A DNA stretch of 64,000 nt from an uncultured virus (IMG/VR IMGVR_UViG_2061766007_000596) (IMGVR_UViG_2061766007_000596), one strand, 5' to 3'; positions 1 to 11,133 are shown, counted from the first letter of the stretch. The notes: generated from the letters alone by a model not told the origin. Numbers and translations: made by a program.

Positions 1-1
1 A

Positions 2-226
2 GAGGTTGGTGAAGTAACAGTCACCGCATACCTTGATGGAGTAGCAATACCTGGAGCTGTAGCAACATCGACTGCAGCTGCTGCAGGTGATTATGTAAAT
101 TTATCTATTTCTTCTATTGTTAGAGAGAATTGTGCTTGCTGCTCAGGACTTAGGACATTAACCTTTGTACTTACAGGACTCTCGGCTAATGTCACTAATG
201 TTGCTATTGTCGTAGAAAAATTATGA
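2..226 (+). CDS. 3' end of hypothetical protein (beta-rich, Cys cluster), 5'-partial
   Basis: Open frame 2 (EVGEVTVTAYLDGVAIPGAVA...RENCACCSG...VAIVVEKL*); its TGA overlaps the next ATG (ATGA at 223-226). Confidence 0.7.
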   Translation, partial: EVGEVTVTAYLDGVAIPGAVATSTAAAAGDYVNLSISSIVRENCACCSGLRTLTFVLTGLSANVTNVAIVVEKL

Positions 227-783
227 CAGTAGATGAACTTTTTAGTCAATTAGCAGCACATATGATTGAAGGTTTAATGGTACATTCACAAATGTCTGAT
301 TATTTTGGATTTTTGAGTTTGACGGGTTATCAAGAATGTCATAAATATCATTATTTTGAAGAAAATGCCAATTATAGAAAAATAAATAAATATTACCTTC
401 ATCATTATAATAAGATAGTTCCAGAAATGCCTTTTAATAATCCTAATATAATTCCAGAATCTTGGTATAAATATACTAGACAAGATGTTAATGCAACTAC
501 AAGAAAAAATGCTATTCAAAGTGGAATGGATAAATGGATTAAGTGGGAAGAAGAAACAAAAAAATTGTATCAATATATATATCAAGAATTAATTGCTTTA
601 AAAGAAATTGCTGCTGCTGAAGAAGTAGCTAAATATATTATTGATGTAGATTATGAACTTGCAGAAGCCATACAAGAAGATCTTGAACTTAAAGCAATTG
701 ATTATGATATAACTATAATTATAGATAATCAAAATAAAATATATAAACAATATGAAAAAAAATTAAAGGAGATAGATTTATGA
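223..783 (+). CDS. ferritin-like four-helix protein (putative)
   Basis: 186 aa, helical, with spaced His/Glu residues (HMIEG..H, ECHKYHYFEE, WEEET, DVDYE); translationally coupled on both sides. Confidence 0.55.
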   Translation: MTVDELFSQLAAHMIEGLMVHSQMSDYFGFLSLTGYQECHKYHYFEENANYRKINKYYLHHYNKIVPEMPFNNPNIIPESWYKYTRQDVNATTRKNAIQSGMDKWIKWEEETKKLYQYIYQELIALKEIAAAEEVAKYIIDVDYELAEAIQEDLELKAIDYDITIIIDNQNKIYKQYEKKLKEIDL

Positions 784-956
784 TAAGCATTGATGAAATC
801 AATAAAGAAATTAATAATTTAGAAAATAAAGATTGTACGACCTATGATATATGTAAAAAATTAGCTATTCTTTATACAGTCAAAAATAATTTTAAACCTA
901 TTCAAAAAAATATAAATAATATGGAATTAGATATGTCTAAACCTATTATGAAATNN
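780..956 (+). CDS. small hypothetical protein; end falls at N gap
   Basis: ATGA overlap with the upstream gene, GGAG RBS, open frame to the gap at 955. Confidence 0.6.
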
Positions 957-994
957 NNNNNNNNNNNNNNNNNNNNNNNNNNNNNGCTATTTTT

Positions 995-2062
995 TTATTG
1001 TATTTTTGCTACTGTATAAATAAAATCTTTAAAAGATATTTCTGGTACAAAAGGTCCAGAAAATAATTCACTATTCCTTAAAACATTATTATATTTGATT
1101 GGGTCTGAAGATACAAAATCTACTATATATTTTAAACTTAATTCCGGAAAAGTATTAATTAATTTATGAATATAATTACTAATTAATTTAAGCACATCAT
1201 CATAATTATAATTTTTATCATAATATATTCCGCCTTCATAATAAAAATAAGCATGAAGTAAAGCCATTAAAAGTTGATTTAAAAATACTTTCTCTCTTGT
1301 TTCTTCATAACTATCCCAATATGGGTCTGAACAAGATATTAAATAATCATTAAAGTTTTCAAATAGATAACCTCTATTATCAGTAATAGTTCTTGATAAA
1401 GAATTCGGATTATCATACCAACAATAAGTATTTATATTTAAGTAATGCCAATCTTTTTTTAATCTAAATAAATAATTTAAAATTGAACTATTAAAATATA
1501 TATCTTCATGAGTGTATAAATCTTTTTTGAAATTAATATTATAAGGTCTAATTAAATTATCTATTGAATACCATTTTCCATGTAACCATGTTGGTTGATG
1601 TCTATATTCTTGATGATAACCTATTTTGTCATTATATCCTCTCATAATTGTACTAACAACATATATAGTTTCATTAGAATGGTCATTAATGTATTCTTTT
1701 ACTTGTTTTAAAGAATCTGGTTCAAAGAAATCATCTTGGTCACAGAAAAATAACCATTTACCATTTATAAATTCCATGCCTTTTCTTCGAGTATTACCTG
1801 GACAATGCATTTCTACATTTGTTTCAGTGAAGAGTATATTAAAGTCATACTCTTTTAATTTTTCTCTATAATTGAGATTATCTGAATTATCATCAACTAC
1901 AATAATAAGTAAATCATCTTTAGGAATATTTTGTTTTGTTAAACTATCAAATAGTCTATGAATTAATCCTTCAGGATTATGACAAGGAACTATTAAATTA
2001 AAAAAATAATTTTTATCATTCTCCGGTTGAACCGAAGCCACCTTCTCCTCTATTTGTGTCAT
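995..2062 (-). CDS. glycosyltransferase family 2 (GT-A fold)
   Basis: LIVPCHN, IVVDDNSD, PGNTRRKG, FCDQDD (DxD) and HED motifs. Confidence 0.85.
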   Translation of the reverse strand: MTQIEEKVASVQPENDKNYFFNLIVPCHNPEGLIHRLFDSLTKQNIPKDDLLIIVVDDNSDNLNYREKLKEYDFNILFTETNVEMHCPGNTRRKGMEFINGKWLFFCDQDDFFEPDSLKQVKEYINDHSNETIYVVSTIMRGYNDKIGYHQEYRHQPTWLHGKWYSIDNLIRPYNINFKKDLYTHEDIYFNSSILNYLFRLKKDWHYLNINTYCWYDNPNSLSRTITDNRGYLFENFNDYLISCSDPYWDSYEETREKVFLNQLLMALLHAYFYYEGGIYYDKNYNYDDVLKLISNYIHKLINTFPELSLKYIVDFVSSDPIKYNNVLRNSELFSGPFVPEISFKDFIYTVAKIQ

Positions 2063-2453
2063 CGAGTAAATTTACCTCCTTAAAATCCACATTAAGATAA
2101 GGCATAATAACTAATTGAGCAATTCTATCTCCAGCCTTAATATTTCTAATGTCATTTGTATCATTATGTAAAGCTACAATTATTTCACCTCGATAATCAG
2201 AATCAATAACTCCAACACAATTTGCGGGACGTAAGCCTTGTTTTGCAGCAAGACCAGATCTTGCATAAATACCACCAAAATATCCTTCTGGAATAGCTAC
2301 TGAAATACCAATACCTACCATTTGAGTTTGATGTGGCATAATTGTAATATCATAATTAGTTGCGGCATATAAATCATAACCAGCTGCTTGCTCACTTCCG
2401 CGAGTTGGCATTTTTGCAAATTCATTTAAAAATTTAATATTAATATCCATCAA
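2016..2453 (-). CDS. dut: trimeric dUTPase
   Basis: AAGYDL, ARSG, GVIDSDYRGE, RIAQL and RGEGGFGSTG motifs. Confidence 0.97.
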   Translation of the reverse strand: MMDINIKFLNEFAKMPTRGSEQAAGYDLYAATNYDITIMPHQTQMVGIGISVAIPEGYFGGIYARSGLAAKQGLRPANCVGVIDSDYRGEIIVALHNDTNDIRNIKAGDRIAQLVIMPYLNVDFKEVNLLDDTNRGEGGFGSTGE

Positions 2454-2755
2454 AATTCAATCCCTTCACTTTCTTCTTTTGTTGGATTTACAGGGTCAGG
2501 GAAATATCCATCCTCAACAGAATAGGATACATCTACACTACAATCGGGATCTTTTAAATCTGTAAAGTGTTTAACGAGAGTTGTTTTCCAATATTCATCA
2601 ACAATCTCACCTTTAGCTTTAACTGTTTTATATTCTGTTGAACTCTTTAAAAGAGTAAATCTTTTATCTGACTTTGCTTCTTCAATAAGTCTCGCGGCTT
2701 CCGCCTCTGAATTAACTCTATATATTTCCTGTACCTGGCATAAATACTTACTCAT
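2450..2755 (-). CDS. hypothetical protein
   Basis: 101-aa ORF with RBS, coupled to dut. Confidence 0.7.
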   Translation of the reverse strand: MSKYLCQVQEIYRVNSEAEAARLIEEAKSDKRFTLLKSSTEYKTVKAKGEIVDEYWKTTLVKHFTDLKDPDCSVDVSYSVEDGYFPDPVNPTKEESEGIEF

Positions 2756-2776
2756 TCCTTTTATCTCCTTCTATTG

Positions 2777-3031
2777 TTATTGAATATGAACATTAATTTG
2801 TCTTTTACCAAATTTACAAGCTGTAAATTCTTCTTTAAATTTTAAGGCATAAAGTTGACCACCAAAAAATCTTACATCATTTATATCATATTCTTCACAT
2901 AATTTATAAATCATTTTTGGCATTGTGTTTAATGTACATTCTATTGTACGAACACATTCCTTATCTATATAAACCATTACTTCTTGACCAAATACAAAGG
3001 GGTGAATGGTTGCTATTACATATCTATCCAT
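2777..3031 (-). CDS. hypothetical protein
   Basis: 84-aa ORF with GGGAG RBS. Confidence 0.7.
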   Translation of the reverse strand: MDRYVIATIHPFVFGQEVMVYIDKECVRTIECTLNTMPKMIYKLCEEYDINDVRFFGGQLYALKFKEEFTACKFGKRQINVHIQ

Positions 3032-3052
3032 TGTTTCCTCCCTTCTAATATT

Positions 3053-3415
3053 TTAGGACTGAATAATACCAAACTCATAATTAAAAAAGTAATAAGCAAA
3101 ACTATCTTTCGTTGAGCTGTCCCAAATCCAAATTTCATAATTTCCATCCTCTTGTTTTTCAATATCTAAAACTTCTCCTCTATTCTGGAGAGTTTCTAAC
3201 ATATCTTTATAAGTACCTTCTAATGTTAATGGAATGAATACAGTATAATCATTTCTTTCTCTACATAAAAGCATCCAATAAGGAATTTTCCTTTCATAAA
3301 TATCTGTAATCATTTTTTTAACACTTACTTGTAAAGCAATTACATCAAGAGGTTTTTCTTTATTATAAATTTGTTTATTAAAATCATAAAGATTTAAACC
3401 AGAATTAATTTCCAT
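3053..3415 (-). CDS. hypothetical protein (MEINSGLNLYDF...)
   Basis: Has its own AAAGGAG RBS on the far side of the gap; the ORF track fuses it to nrdG only because it reads through Ns. Confidence 0.7.
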   Translation of the reverse strand: MEINSGLNLYDFNKQIYNKEKPLDVIALQVSVKKMITDIYERKIPYWMLLCRERNDYTVFIPLTLEGTYKDMLETLQNRGEVLDIEKQEDGNYEIWIWDSSTKDSFAYYFFNYEFGIIQS

Positions 3416-3685
3416 ACTCTTTTCTTCTCCTTTATAATNNNNNNNNNNNNNNNNNNNNNNNNNNNNNNNNNNNNNNNNNNNNNNNNNNNNNNNNNNNNNN
3501 NNNNNNNNNNNNNNNNNNNNNNNNNNNNNNNNNNNNNNNNNNNNNNNNNNNNNNNNNNNNNNNNNNNNNNNNNNNNNNNNNNNNNNNNNNNNNNNNNNNN
3601 NNNNNNNNNNNNNNNNNNNNNNNNNNNNNNNNNNNNNNNNNNNNNNNNNNNNNNNNNNNNNNNNNNNNNNNNNNNNNNNNNNNNN

Positions 3686-3943
3686 AAATAAATCTCTCCA
3701 TGAATCAAATGGTTCTAAGCCTTGACAAACAATAGCTTGAGACATATCATCTTCCATATATCTTTGAACTATATCTTTAGCTAATATGGGGATAGGCGGA
3801 TCTAATTTCATACTAAGATTTTGACAAACCGCTCTCCCGCATTCTTTATTACATTTAAAATCTTTACAAGTAGGAAATTCTATTACCATACTAGGTTTTT
3901 TATAATTTACTAAATCGCAGTCTATAATTCCTTTAATTAACAT
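3686..3943 (-). CDS. nrdG: anaerobic RNR-activating radical-SAM protein, 3' end lost in gap
   Basis: DLVNYKKPSM, a Cys cluster (CKDFKC...C...CQN) and GLEPF; directly downstream of nrdD. Confidence 0.8.
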
Positions 3944-5894
3944 TGGTATCTGCCCACTTTCTTAAATTATATTCAGCTTTTCTTTCTTTACTCCATGTAT
4001 TTATCTTAGTATAGAATCCAACTATTCTAGTAAATTCTGCGGTTTTCGGTGCTCCGCAACATGGACAGGTATCACCATAAAAAGCATGGTTCTGACCGCA
4101 AGCTGAAATTTTTGTATTAAAAGCAAAATATGTTACACCTTTAGATGCAATATAATTTGTCATATATAATGCTTTTTCAAAATTATCAAATGGTGCATCT
4201 ATATTATAATGTAATATTGAACCACCATTACAATATCCATCAAATTGAGCTTGAATACGAACTCTCTCTTGTCCGGTAGTATTGATTCCTAGAGGAATAA
4301 ATTGATTACCATAAAGCGGGAGGTCATATACATTAGCATTTGGATAGAAGAATTTATCTTTCTTCATAAGTTTTGCGGCGGCACTCTCACCTGGAATTTG
4401 CTCTGTATTAACTAAATAATCTGCTCCAATTTCCTGGATAAAAGCATCAGCGGTTGCCCGCATTACTTCAAATATTCTCTTTCCAAAAGCAGAAGCTTCA
4501 TCAGTATAATAAGTATTACCAAATTCATCTACTTTTGTATATCCAAATTTTTTCATTGTTTCATAAATTCCAATAAAACCAATAGTATTATATAAATGTT
4601 CAAAATCTACAAGTTCATAAGTAAAATTAGGTAACAAACCTTTTTCTACATTTCGAACTATAATATGTCTAACACAATCTAATGCTCTTAAATCTACTAT
4701 TGTTCTATGTTCAAGTTCTTTGAGGAATTCATATTCTGTATTAGTATCTAATGCAATTCTAGCTAAATTAATTGTAGATACTTTAACTGAACCAACTTGA
4801 AGTGCAGTTCCACCTACAGAATTAAAATAACCAAGGTCACGAATATCTGATTTAAGTCTGCAACAATTACTAAGTGAATTAACAGAAGTATCTACAAAGA
4901 TATTACTATCTGACCATTTAATATTATGTTTAATTGCCCATTCAGCAAATTCCGGGTCTTCAAAAGCTTCTAACGAATCAAGCGGGAAATCACCCTCCTT
5001 ACGTAGAAGTGAAATTGTTGAGACTGGGAATGTAAACATATTTTCTGATCTAATGTTGCTCATTACTTTCATATACCATTTTTGGAATTCAATAATTTCT
5101 TCTTCAAAATCAATCATGAAACTTCCATCTGGAAATACTGAACCACCAAAGAGAGCTTCAAAATAAGGTCTATCGAATACTGATGTATTAGTAAATGCAG
5201 ATTGTGAACCATCTCTAACATAGGGCTGATTAACAGCATAGATAAAACGTTGAAAAGCCTGTTCTGCATAGTATCTTTCTTGACCAGAGGTTTTAATACC
5301 TAAGTAATCTGCATCTACATCTTTTTTCCAAAAGTAATACATATAAGGAATCACATTAGGGAGACCTACTGCACCACTAGAACGATTGCAAGCAAAACTT
5401 ACAAATTCTTTAATAAAATCAACAAAAGTGATAAGATGTTTTGCGGGCTGTCCATTTAATCCATCAATAAAATAAAGACCTCTTTCAGCTAAATCTTTAA
5501 GGTCATAAGCATAACAGTAATGGCGGAATGTGGAGCTACTTGCATCATGAAGATAAAGTTTACCTACCCATTCCATTTCAAGCCATTCATTAGCGGCTTT
5601 AAATCCATATTTCTTTTGAATTTCATAATATATTTTATTAAAAGCAAGAAGTTTAGAATGTGGTTTAGGCATTTCCCGCTCAAGAGTTACGATGTCTTTA
5701 TGACTTACATTAGAGTTTCCATCAATTGAGCTATCTGCTACTGTATCTTCATCAATAAAATTATCAATAAAATCAGTATAAGATAATTGACCATCATCAA
5801 AACCATTAAGACGGGCTATATCTGTTCCATATTCTTCTTGCATACGATTGTAAGCTGTAACAAAATTTTTGTTAAGCTGTATGTTGATTTTCAC
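3933..5894 (-). CDS. nrdD: class III anaerobic ribonucleotide reductase, no ATP cone
   Basis: YLHD, YCYAY, NCCRL, EQIPGES, C-terminal Zn site (CPCCG) and glycyl-radical motif RIVGF. Confidence 0.95.
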   Translation of the reverse strand: MKINIQLNKNFVTAYNRMQEEYGTDIARLNGFDDGQLSYTDFIDNFIDEDTVADSSIDGNSNVSHKDIVTLEREMPKPHSKLLAFNKIYYEIQKKYGFKAANEWLEMEWVGKLYLHDASSSTFRHYCYAYDLKDLAERGLYFIDGLNGQPAKHLITFVDFIKEFVSFACNRSSGAVGLPNVIPYMYYFWKKDVDADYLGIKTSGQERYYAEQAFQRFIYAVNQPYVRDGSQSAFTNTSVFDRPYFEALFGGSVFPDGSFMIDFEEEIIEFQKWYMKVMSNIRSENMFTFPVSTISLLRKEGDFPLDSLEAFEDPEFAEWAIKHNIKWSDSNIFVDTSVNSLSNCCRLKSDIRDLGYFNSVGGTALQVGSVKVSTINLARIALDTNTEYEFLKELEHRTIVDLRALDCVRHIIVRNVEKGLLPNFTYELVDFEHLYNTIGFIGIYETMKKFGYTKVDEFGNTYYTDEASAFGKRIFEVMRATADAFIQEIGADYLVNTEQIPGESAAAKLMKKDKFFYPNANVYDLPLYGNQFIPLGINTTGQERVRIQAQFDGYCNGGSILHYNIDAPFDNFEKALYMTNYIASKGVTYFAFNTKISACGQNHAFYGDTCPCCGAPKTAEFTRIVGFYTKINTWSKERKAEYNLRKWADTNVN

Positions 5895-6108
5895 TAGACT
5901 GTCCTCCTACCCAATCAATTGCTTGTTTAAAATTAAGCAATTTGTATTCATTGTCATCATCAATACAGAGAGTTGGAACTGACATAATTCCTAATTTTTC
6001 CATCTCTACCATATCAGTTACTTCATTATAAGCAATATTTTTTTGATTTAATTTTGCCTCAAGAACCTTACAGCGGGGGCAATGAGTAGTGAAAAGTGTA
6101 ATTGACAT
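5872..6108 (-). CDS. glutaredoxin/NrdH-like redoxin
   Basis: CPRC active site and SVP cis-Pro motif; next to nrdD. Confidence 0.85.
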   Translation of the reverse strand: MSITLFTTHCPRCKVLEAKLNQKNIAYNEVTDMVEMEKLGIMSVPTLCIDDDNEYKLLNFKQAIDWVGGQSSENQHTA

Positions 6109-6250
6109 ATTCAATTTTTCCTCCTTGCGATGGCGCGGTACGATCCACACCATTTTTTCGTTTGTAATATATATAATTCTAATCTTAAAATCATTATCAA
6201 CGTTTGCCCTTTGATATTTATCACCGTCTTCGTTTTAACTTTTACGTTGG

Positions 6251-6436
6251 TCAGCGCGCCAAGCAGTCATTTTCTTCTCCTGTCGAGACAATCGCTAATA
6301 TTTTATACCAATTTTTTGTATGTAGGGTTAATGCTTTTCTTAAATCTTTTTCAATATATTCACTAGAAGAATCATAGCTATTGTCTATGTCTAGTTCTAA
6401 GGCAATAGCTATGTGTTTTTTATTCGTCGTATTCAT
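6251..6436 (-). CDS. small hypothetical protein
   Basis: 61-aa ORF overlapping the dnaE stop region. Confidence 0.45.
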   Translation of the reverse strand: MNTTNKKHIAIALELDIDNSYDSSSEYIEKDLRKALTLHTKNWYKILAIVSTGEENDCLAR

Positions 6437-9400
6437 CTTCTTCTATTACTCCTGAGGTTGTATATCTTTCATGTTGTAATTTAATATCACTACCAACAAT
6501 GTCAGTTATTTTATATAATTGATGTCCTGGAGTTTGTGCATAAGTTTTACCTACAAATTGATCATCACGTCTAAAGCCGGTTATCATTAATTTTGTTCCT
6601 CTTTTAAACCAACTTTTTTCTACAATTTTTTTAGTACCATCAGCTTGTACTTGACTTATCTGACGTTTAAACATTGCATAATAATCACCTGTAAATTTAA
6701 CACTTACTACACCAGTTGTTGTTAATAATGATATACTATGACGTGCATCATTTTTAGATATAACAGTTCCAATTATACGATGTAATTTATATATTGGAAT
6801 CTGATGACCACCTCTTTTAAAGAAGTAATCAACTTCACCTGATGTTAATTTATTAAAATCAGCTATATTATATCTTTGTGTGTTGATATGCTCTAATTCA
6901 TGTTCTCCATGATAAAAACATAAACTATCCATTTCCCAAGAAGATTGTGTGCCTCCCGCATATTTTTCCCATGTTTCCATGAATAACATATCATTATATT
7001 GTATCAATAAATTCATTTGGTTCTCTTGTAACCATTCTCTAACTTTATTCATTGATGACTGATAAAATCCTTCCCAAGATTTCTGATTCAACAAAACTAT
7101 ATTATTTTCTATTCTTGTCCAATCCATAATCTCAGGGGCATATTTTTCTAAGAAAAATATAGATGTTTCATCTAACTTAAAATCATCTTTATATTTCAAA
7201 TTCTTTTTAAGATACTTTGTGAAGTTATAAATTCTAATATACCATTCCATATCTTTAGGAACTAAACCATGTAAAATTAATCCATTAAAATTAACCAATG
7301 TTAATTTTTTCTTTGGCTCACTAATCTTATTGATATAATAAACCATAATTTCTTTCCTATTGTTGAAATATTTATCAACTTCATCAAAAGCACCTGCTTT
7401 GATAAGATTAATCATCGCTGTCTTTTTTAATGGAACTTTAATCATGAAATCTTTAATTCCATCATAAGGGCGATTATCTTTTATCTTATCAATTATTTCA
7501 GCATTGATATTACTTAACGCCTTTAATCCATATAAGATACGATTATTTTCAATGTCAGGTTTAAAACCATAATCAGATGAATTAATATTAACTAAAGATA
7601 CTTCAATACCTTTTGATACAATATCTCCAATAGCCTTAGCTAATTTTGCATAATCTGTACCTTTTTCTTTTTTCTTTATATCTTCATACTCATCCACTTC
7701 ATATTCATAATCTTCTTCCAAACTGCCACTATTAACTACAAGACAAGCGGTATCCCAATATATGGGGTTCCATCTTGTTGCCATATATGCAGTTTGATAA
7801 CCAATAAATGAATATGCTGTTGCATGAATAATACTGAATGAATATCCCATCTGTGGACCAATTCCACATTCCCAAACGTATTTACCTAACATGGCGGACG
7901 CCGCTTGATTGAGAACTTTTTCTTTCAACTCTGGGATTTTTGACATTTGCTTTTTACCTACAATTTTTCTTGCGGCATTTGCTTCTGCAAGAGTGAAATT
8001 ACAAATATCTTCATCCATTAACATCATCATTAACTGTTCCTGACTTGGCGGAACTCCATAAGAACTTTTAAAATATGGTTCAAGCACTTTCATTTCTGAT
8101 TCTGTAAGATGTGCTGCTTTCATTTCATCATACCATAATTTAATATTGTTCTTAAATCTAATATATTTATCCATAGGAGTCTCAGCACCTTTTTCTGCGG
8201 TCATCAATCTCATTAGACCATTTGCATCGGCTAACTCAACCATTGATGATGGTGCAATTCTTTTCGCGGCCTGTGCTCCTATATCTGAATCAAACTGGAA
8301 GATGTTTAATATACTTCCATTTTTAATATTATTCCATACTTCTTTATCTTCAATATCTAATACATCAGGATGAAAATATTTATCATATACTTCTTTTAAA
8401 GATAAATCCCTTTCAATCTGACCATCTTCTTGAAGAAACTTAATACACTGCGCAATCTTATCCTGTACTTCTGTTAAAAGGAAATCATATTTTGTCATTC
8501 CCGCAGCTTCACACATATGAAGGTCATACTGTGTGATAATATCACCACTAGGAGTTTTCATAAAGCAGCCAAATTCATAAGGGTCTTCATCAAACATAAT
8601 TACACCAGATGCATGACTTGACCTTTTGTTGACAAGACCTTCAATACCCATCATAATATCTAATAAACCAGGATACTGATTAACTTCAGCTATGAATGAT
8701 TGAACTGGTTTTCTATCTTTATCTGGATTACCACATACTACATCTTTTAATGACCAGAGGAAACCTCTTTCCTGTGGAACAAGAGATGACATATAGGCGG
8801 CAATATCATTATCAATTCCACTTGGATATTCTTCTGAACGATAACCTCTACAAGCAGTAAGAATTGTTGATTTAGTTGTTTCTGTACCAAATGTGGCAAT
8901 AAGTGTACAACCCAGATTCTTGCGGGAGATTTCATCTATATCTGCTCTAAATTTCTGACCTCTTTCTTCCTTTATCTTTTGAATAATCAAAGGACGTTTA
9001 GAAGGACAAAGGTCAATATCAATATCTCCTAATTCTACACGTTCTTTATTAAGATAACGCCAGAATGGGAAATTCCATTTAATCGGGTCAAGCTGTGTTA
9101 CTCCAAGCAAATAATGATTAAGACCTGAACAAGACGAACCTCTTCCAGCTCCTACTACAGAGCCACATTCCCAAAACATATCTACATAATGAGCAAGAGT
9201 TATAGGATAACTAAACATATTAGTTCCTAATTTTTCACCTATTGTTTTCTTAATATCAGCTTCTTCTTCAAGTCGAGAAAGATAAGTATCATTATAAAGA
9301 TTTTTATCTTTTAATTTATTAATACATTCATTTATCCAATATCTTTCATATTTATCTTCACTATACATCATAGAAGATAATATAGGATAATTATTATCAA

Positions 9401-10361
9401 AGCATTGATTAACTATCTTAGGGTAATCTTTAACATCAACACTAGGAATAACCTGTGCATGAGTTAAATCATAAAATGTTATTTTATCATATATCTCCAT
9501 GCTATTCTGACACATCTGCTCATATAAATCAACAATAGATGGAGTTAAATTTTTAATAATATCATCTTCATCTTGAAGATATGCATATTCATAGAATTGT
9601 GCAACTTCACGCTCACCATTTTTAGAATTAAGATATGCTTCATGAACATACCTATCATCTTTAGTAAGATAATGTGCATCAGTTCCAATTACCATTTTAA
9701 CACCAAATACTTGAGATAATTCTGCTATTTTCTTATTTACAATTATCTGTTCGCGGGAAGCACCTGGAGCTATTTCAAAATAAAAATCATCTTTGAATAC
9801 TTCTTTACACCAAAGAACAAAATTTATTATATCTTGTTTAGCTTTAGTTTCCGTATTTTTATCACCTGTTTTTCTGGCGGATTCCAGCTCAAGAATTTTT
9901 GACCCTAATTCTCCACCAATACAAGCTGTAGTTGCAATAATATGACCTGAATTAGATTTAATTATTCTTTCAAGGTCAATTTTTAATGTTGGAACACGCT
10001 CAAGACCACGATCAAAATAAGAATTCATCCATGCTAATGATGATAATTCTCTTAATTGACGATGACCTTCTTTGTCTTTTGCAATAAGAATAAAGTGATA
10101 ATATTTCTGATTCATATCTCTAGTGTCTGTGAGATATATCTCATTTCCTAATGCTACTTTAAAGTCAGGATTAGATTCTTTTAATTTAGCTGCAATTTTA
10201 TTAACTTCGATAGAACTCGATAGGCATTCGTGGTCTGTGATCGCGATTCCAGAGAGCCCAATTTCTTGAGCTCTCTCAATAAGTTTTTCAGGTCGATTTA
10301 TAGCGTCAAGTAGTCTAATATTACTATAATGTGTATGAGAATGAATCTCAAATCTTTGCAT
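6420..10361 (-). CDS. dnaE: DNA polymerase III alpha subunit (family C)
   Basis: PHP domain (HSHTHYS, AITDH, TDAHY), GRGS, catalytic DIDID, HASG, KYDFL and a C-terminal OB-like region. Confidence 0.96.
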   Translation of the reverse strand: MQRFEIHSHTHYSNIRLLDAINRPEKLIERAQEIGLSGIAITDHECLSSSIEVNKIAAKLKESNPDFKVALGNEIYLTDTRDMNQKYYHFILIAKDKEGHRQLRELSSLAWMNSYFDRGLERVPTLKIDLERIIKSNSGHIIATTACIGGELGSKILELESARKTGDKNTETKAKQDIINFVLWCKEVFKDDFYFEIAPGASREQIIVNKKIAELSQVFGVKMVIGTDAHYLTKDDRYVHEAYLNSKNGEREVAQFYEYAYLQDEDDIIKNLTPSIVDLYEQMCQNSMEIYDKITFYDLTHAQVIPSVDVKDYPKIVNQCFDNNYPILSSMMYSEDKYERYWINECINKLKDKNLYNDTYLSRLEEEADIKKTIGEKLGTNMFSYPITLAHYVDMFWECGSVVGAGRGSSCSGLNHYLLGVTQLDPIKWNFPFWRYLNKERVELGDIDIDLCPSKRPLIIQKIKEERGQKFRADIDEISRKNLGCTLIATFGTETTKSTILTACRGYRSEEYPSGIDNDIAAYMSSLVPQERGFLWSLKDVVCGNPDKDRKPVQSFIAEVNQYPGLLDIMMGIEGLVNKRSSHASGVIMFDEDPYEFGCFMKTPSGDIITQYDLHMCEAAGMTKYDFLLTEVQDKIAQCIKFLQEDGQIERDLSLKEVYDKYFHPDVLDIEDKEVWNNIKNGSILNIFQFDSDIGAQAAKRIAPSSMVELADANGLMRLMTAEKGAETPMDKYIRFKNNIKLWYDEMKAAHLTESEMKVLEPYFKSSYGVPPSQEQLMMMLMDEDICNFTLAEANAARKIVGKKQMSKIPELKEKVLNQAASAMLGKYVWECGIGPQMGYSFSIIHATAYSFIGYQTAYMATRWNPIYWDTACLVVNSGSLEEDYEYEVDEYEDIKKKEKGTDYAKLAKAIGDIVSKGIEVSLVNINSSDYGFKPDIENNRILYGLKALSNINAEIIDKIKDNRPYDGIKDFMIKVPLKKTAMINLIKAGAFDEVDKYFNNRKEIMVYYINKISEPKKKLTLVNFNGLILHGLVPKDMEWYIRIYNFTKYLKKNLKYKDDFKLDETSIFFLEKYAPEIMDWTRIENNIVLLNQKSWEGFYQSSMNKVREWLQENQMNLLIQYNDMLFMETWEKYAGGTQSSWEMDSLCFYHGEHELEHINTQRYNIADFNKLTSGEVDYFFKRGGHQIPIYKLHRIIGTVISKNDARHSISLLTTTGVVSVKFTGDYYAMFKRQISQVQADGTKKIVEKSWFKRGTKLMITGFRRDDQFVGKTYAQTPGHQLYKITDIVGSDIKLQHERYTTSGVIEEDEYDE

Positions 10362-11087
10362 TTATTTATCCTCTTCTATTTTTATTTCTTTATATGTTCT
10401 ATTATACCAAATGTCATCAAAGGAACTTTTAGAACCAACATTAATATAATCTAAAAATACTATTCCATTAGATTCATTTTGTGCTTTCCTTTTTCTAATT
10501 TCAAGTACTTGCTCTTTTGAAAATCTCCTACGACTTTTTGCTGCATTACTTTTTCCTAGACTTGCATTTCTTTGCTTATTTTCTTCAGTAAAAACTTCTG
10601 GCATAATATGACTCCATGTTCGCCCAGTCCAAACTCTTGCAAAACCGCCTTCTGTTATTTTATCTTGAAATAATTTATAACATTCTCCTTTACTAATTCC
10701 TTGAGAGTATAAAGTTCTTATTTTTATAACATCTTCTTCTGTTAATCTAGCTCTTCCATTTGTACTTCCTTGACAATGACCAGGCATACTACCGCCATCG
10801 CCACCTTCACTTTCATTATATCCATTATGATAGCTATTATAAAAAGCTACCCAATATTTTTCTCTTTCTCCTAAAATAGAATAATCTTCTAATTCTTCTA
10901 TTATTTCAAAAGTAAAATTTTCTATTCCATACTTTCTCATTGAACGATATAATGTTTTATCATATTCTTTATGTCCTTCTGTAAAAGCTAATCTTTGATG
11001 ATCTTTCCATCTTCTTTCACTATTATTAGTTTTACCAATATAACATTTATTAGTAATTAAATTTGTAATTTTATAAATACCTTGCAT
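10362..11087 (-). CDS. free-standing GIY-YIG homing endonuclease
   Basis: GIYKITN...CYIGKT, RW..H, E..W and GYN..GG; two C-terminal LT/FS.E.V..IR...W..RT helical repeats. Confidence 0.88.
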   Translation of the reverse strand: MQGIYKITNLITNKCYIGKTNNSERRWKDHQRLAFTEGHKEYDKTLYRSMRKYGIENFTFEIIEELEDYSILGEREKYWVAFYNSYHNGYNESEGGDGGSMPGHCQGSTNGRARLTEEDVIKIRTLYSQGISKGECYKLFQDKITEGGFARVWTGRTWSHIMPEVFTEENKQRNASLGKSNAAKSRRRFSKEQVLEIRKRKAQNESNGIVFLDYINVGSKSSFDDIWYNRTYKEIKIEEDK

Positions 11088-11133
11088 ATTTATAATCTCC
11101 TTTCGAGTATTTTTCTTGTCATANNNNNNNNNN

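Noticed and set aside
6109..6270. In-frame upstream extension of the glutaredoxin through a single TAA
   Set aside because: The glutaredoxin has its own AAGGAGG RBS, and the extension has no recognisable domain.
6420..10361. Intein or intron in dnaE, nrdD or gyrase
   Set aside because: No intein terminal or LAGLIDADG motifs seen, and conserved motifs are contiguous.
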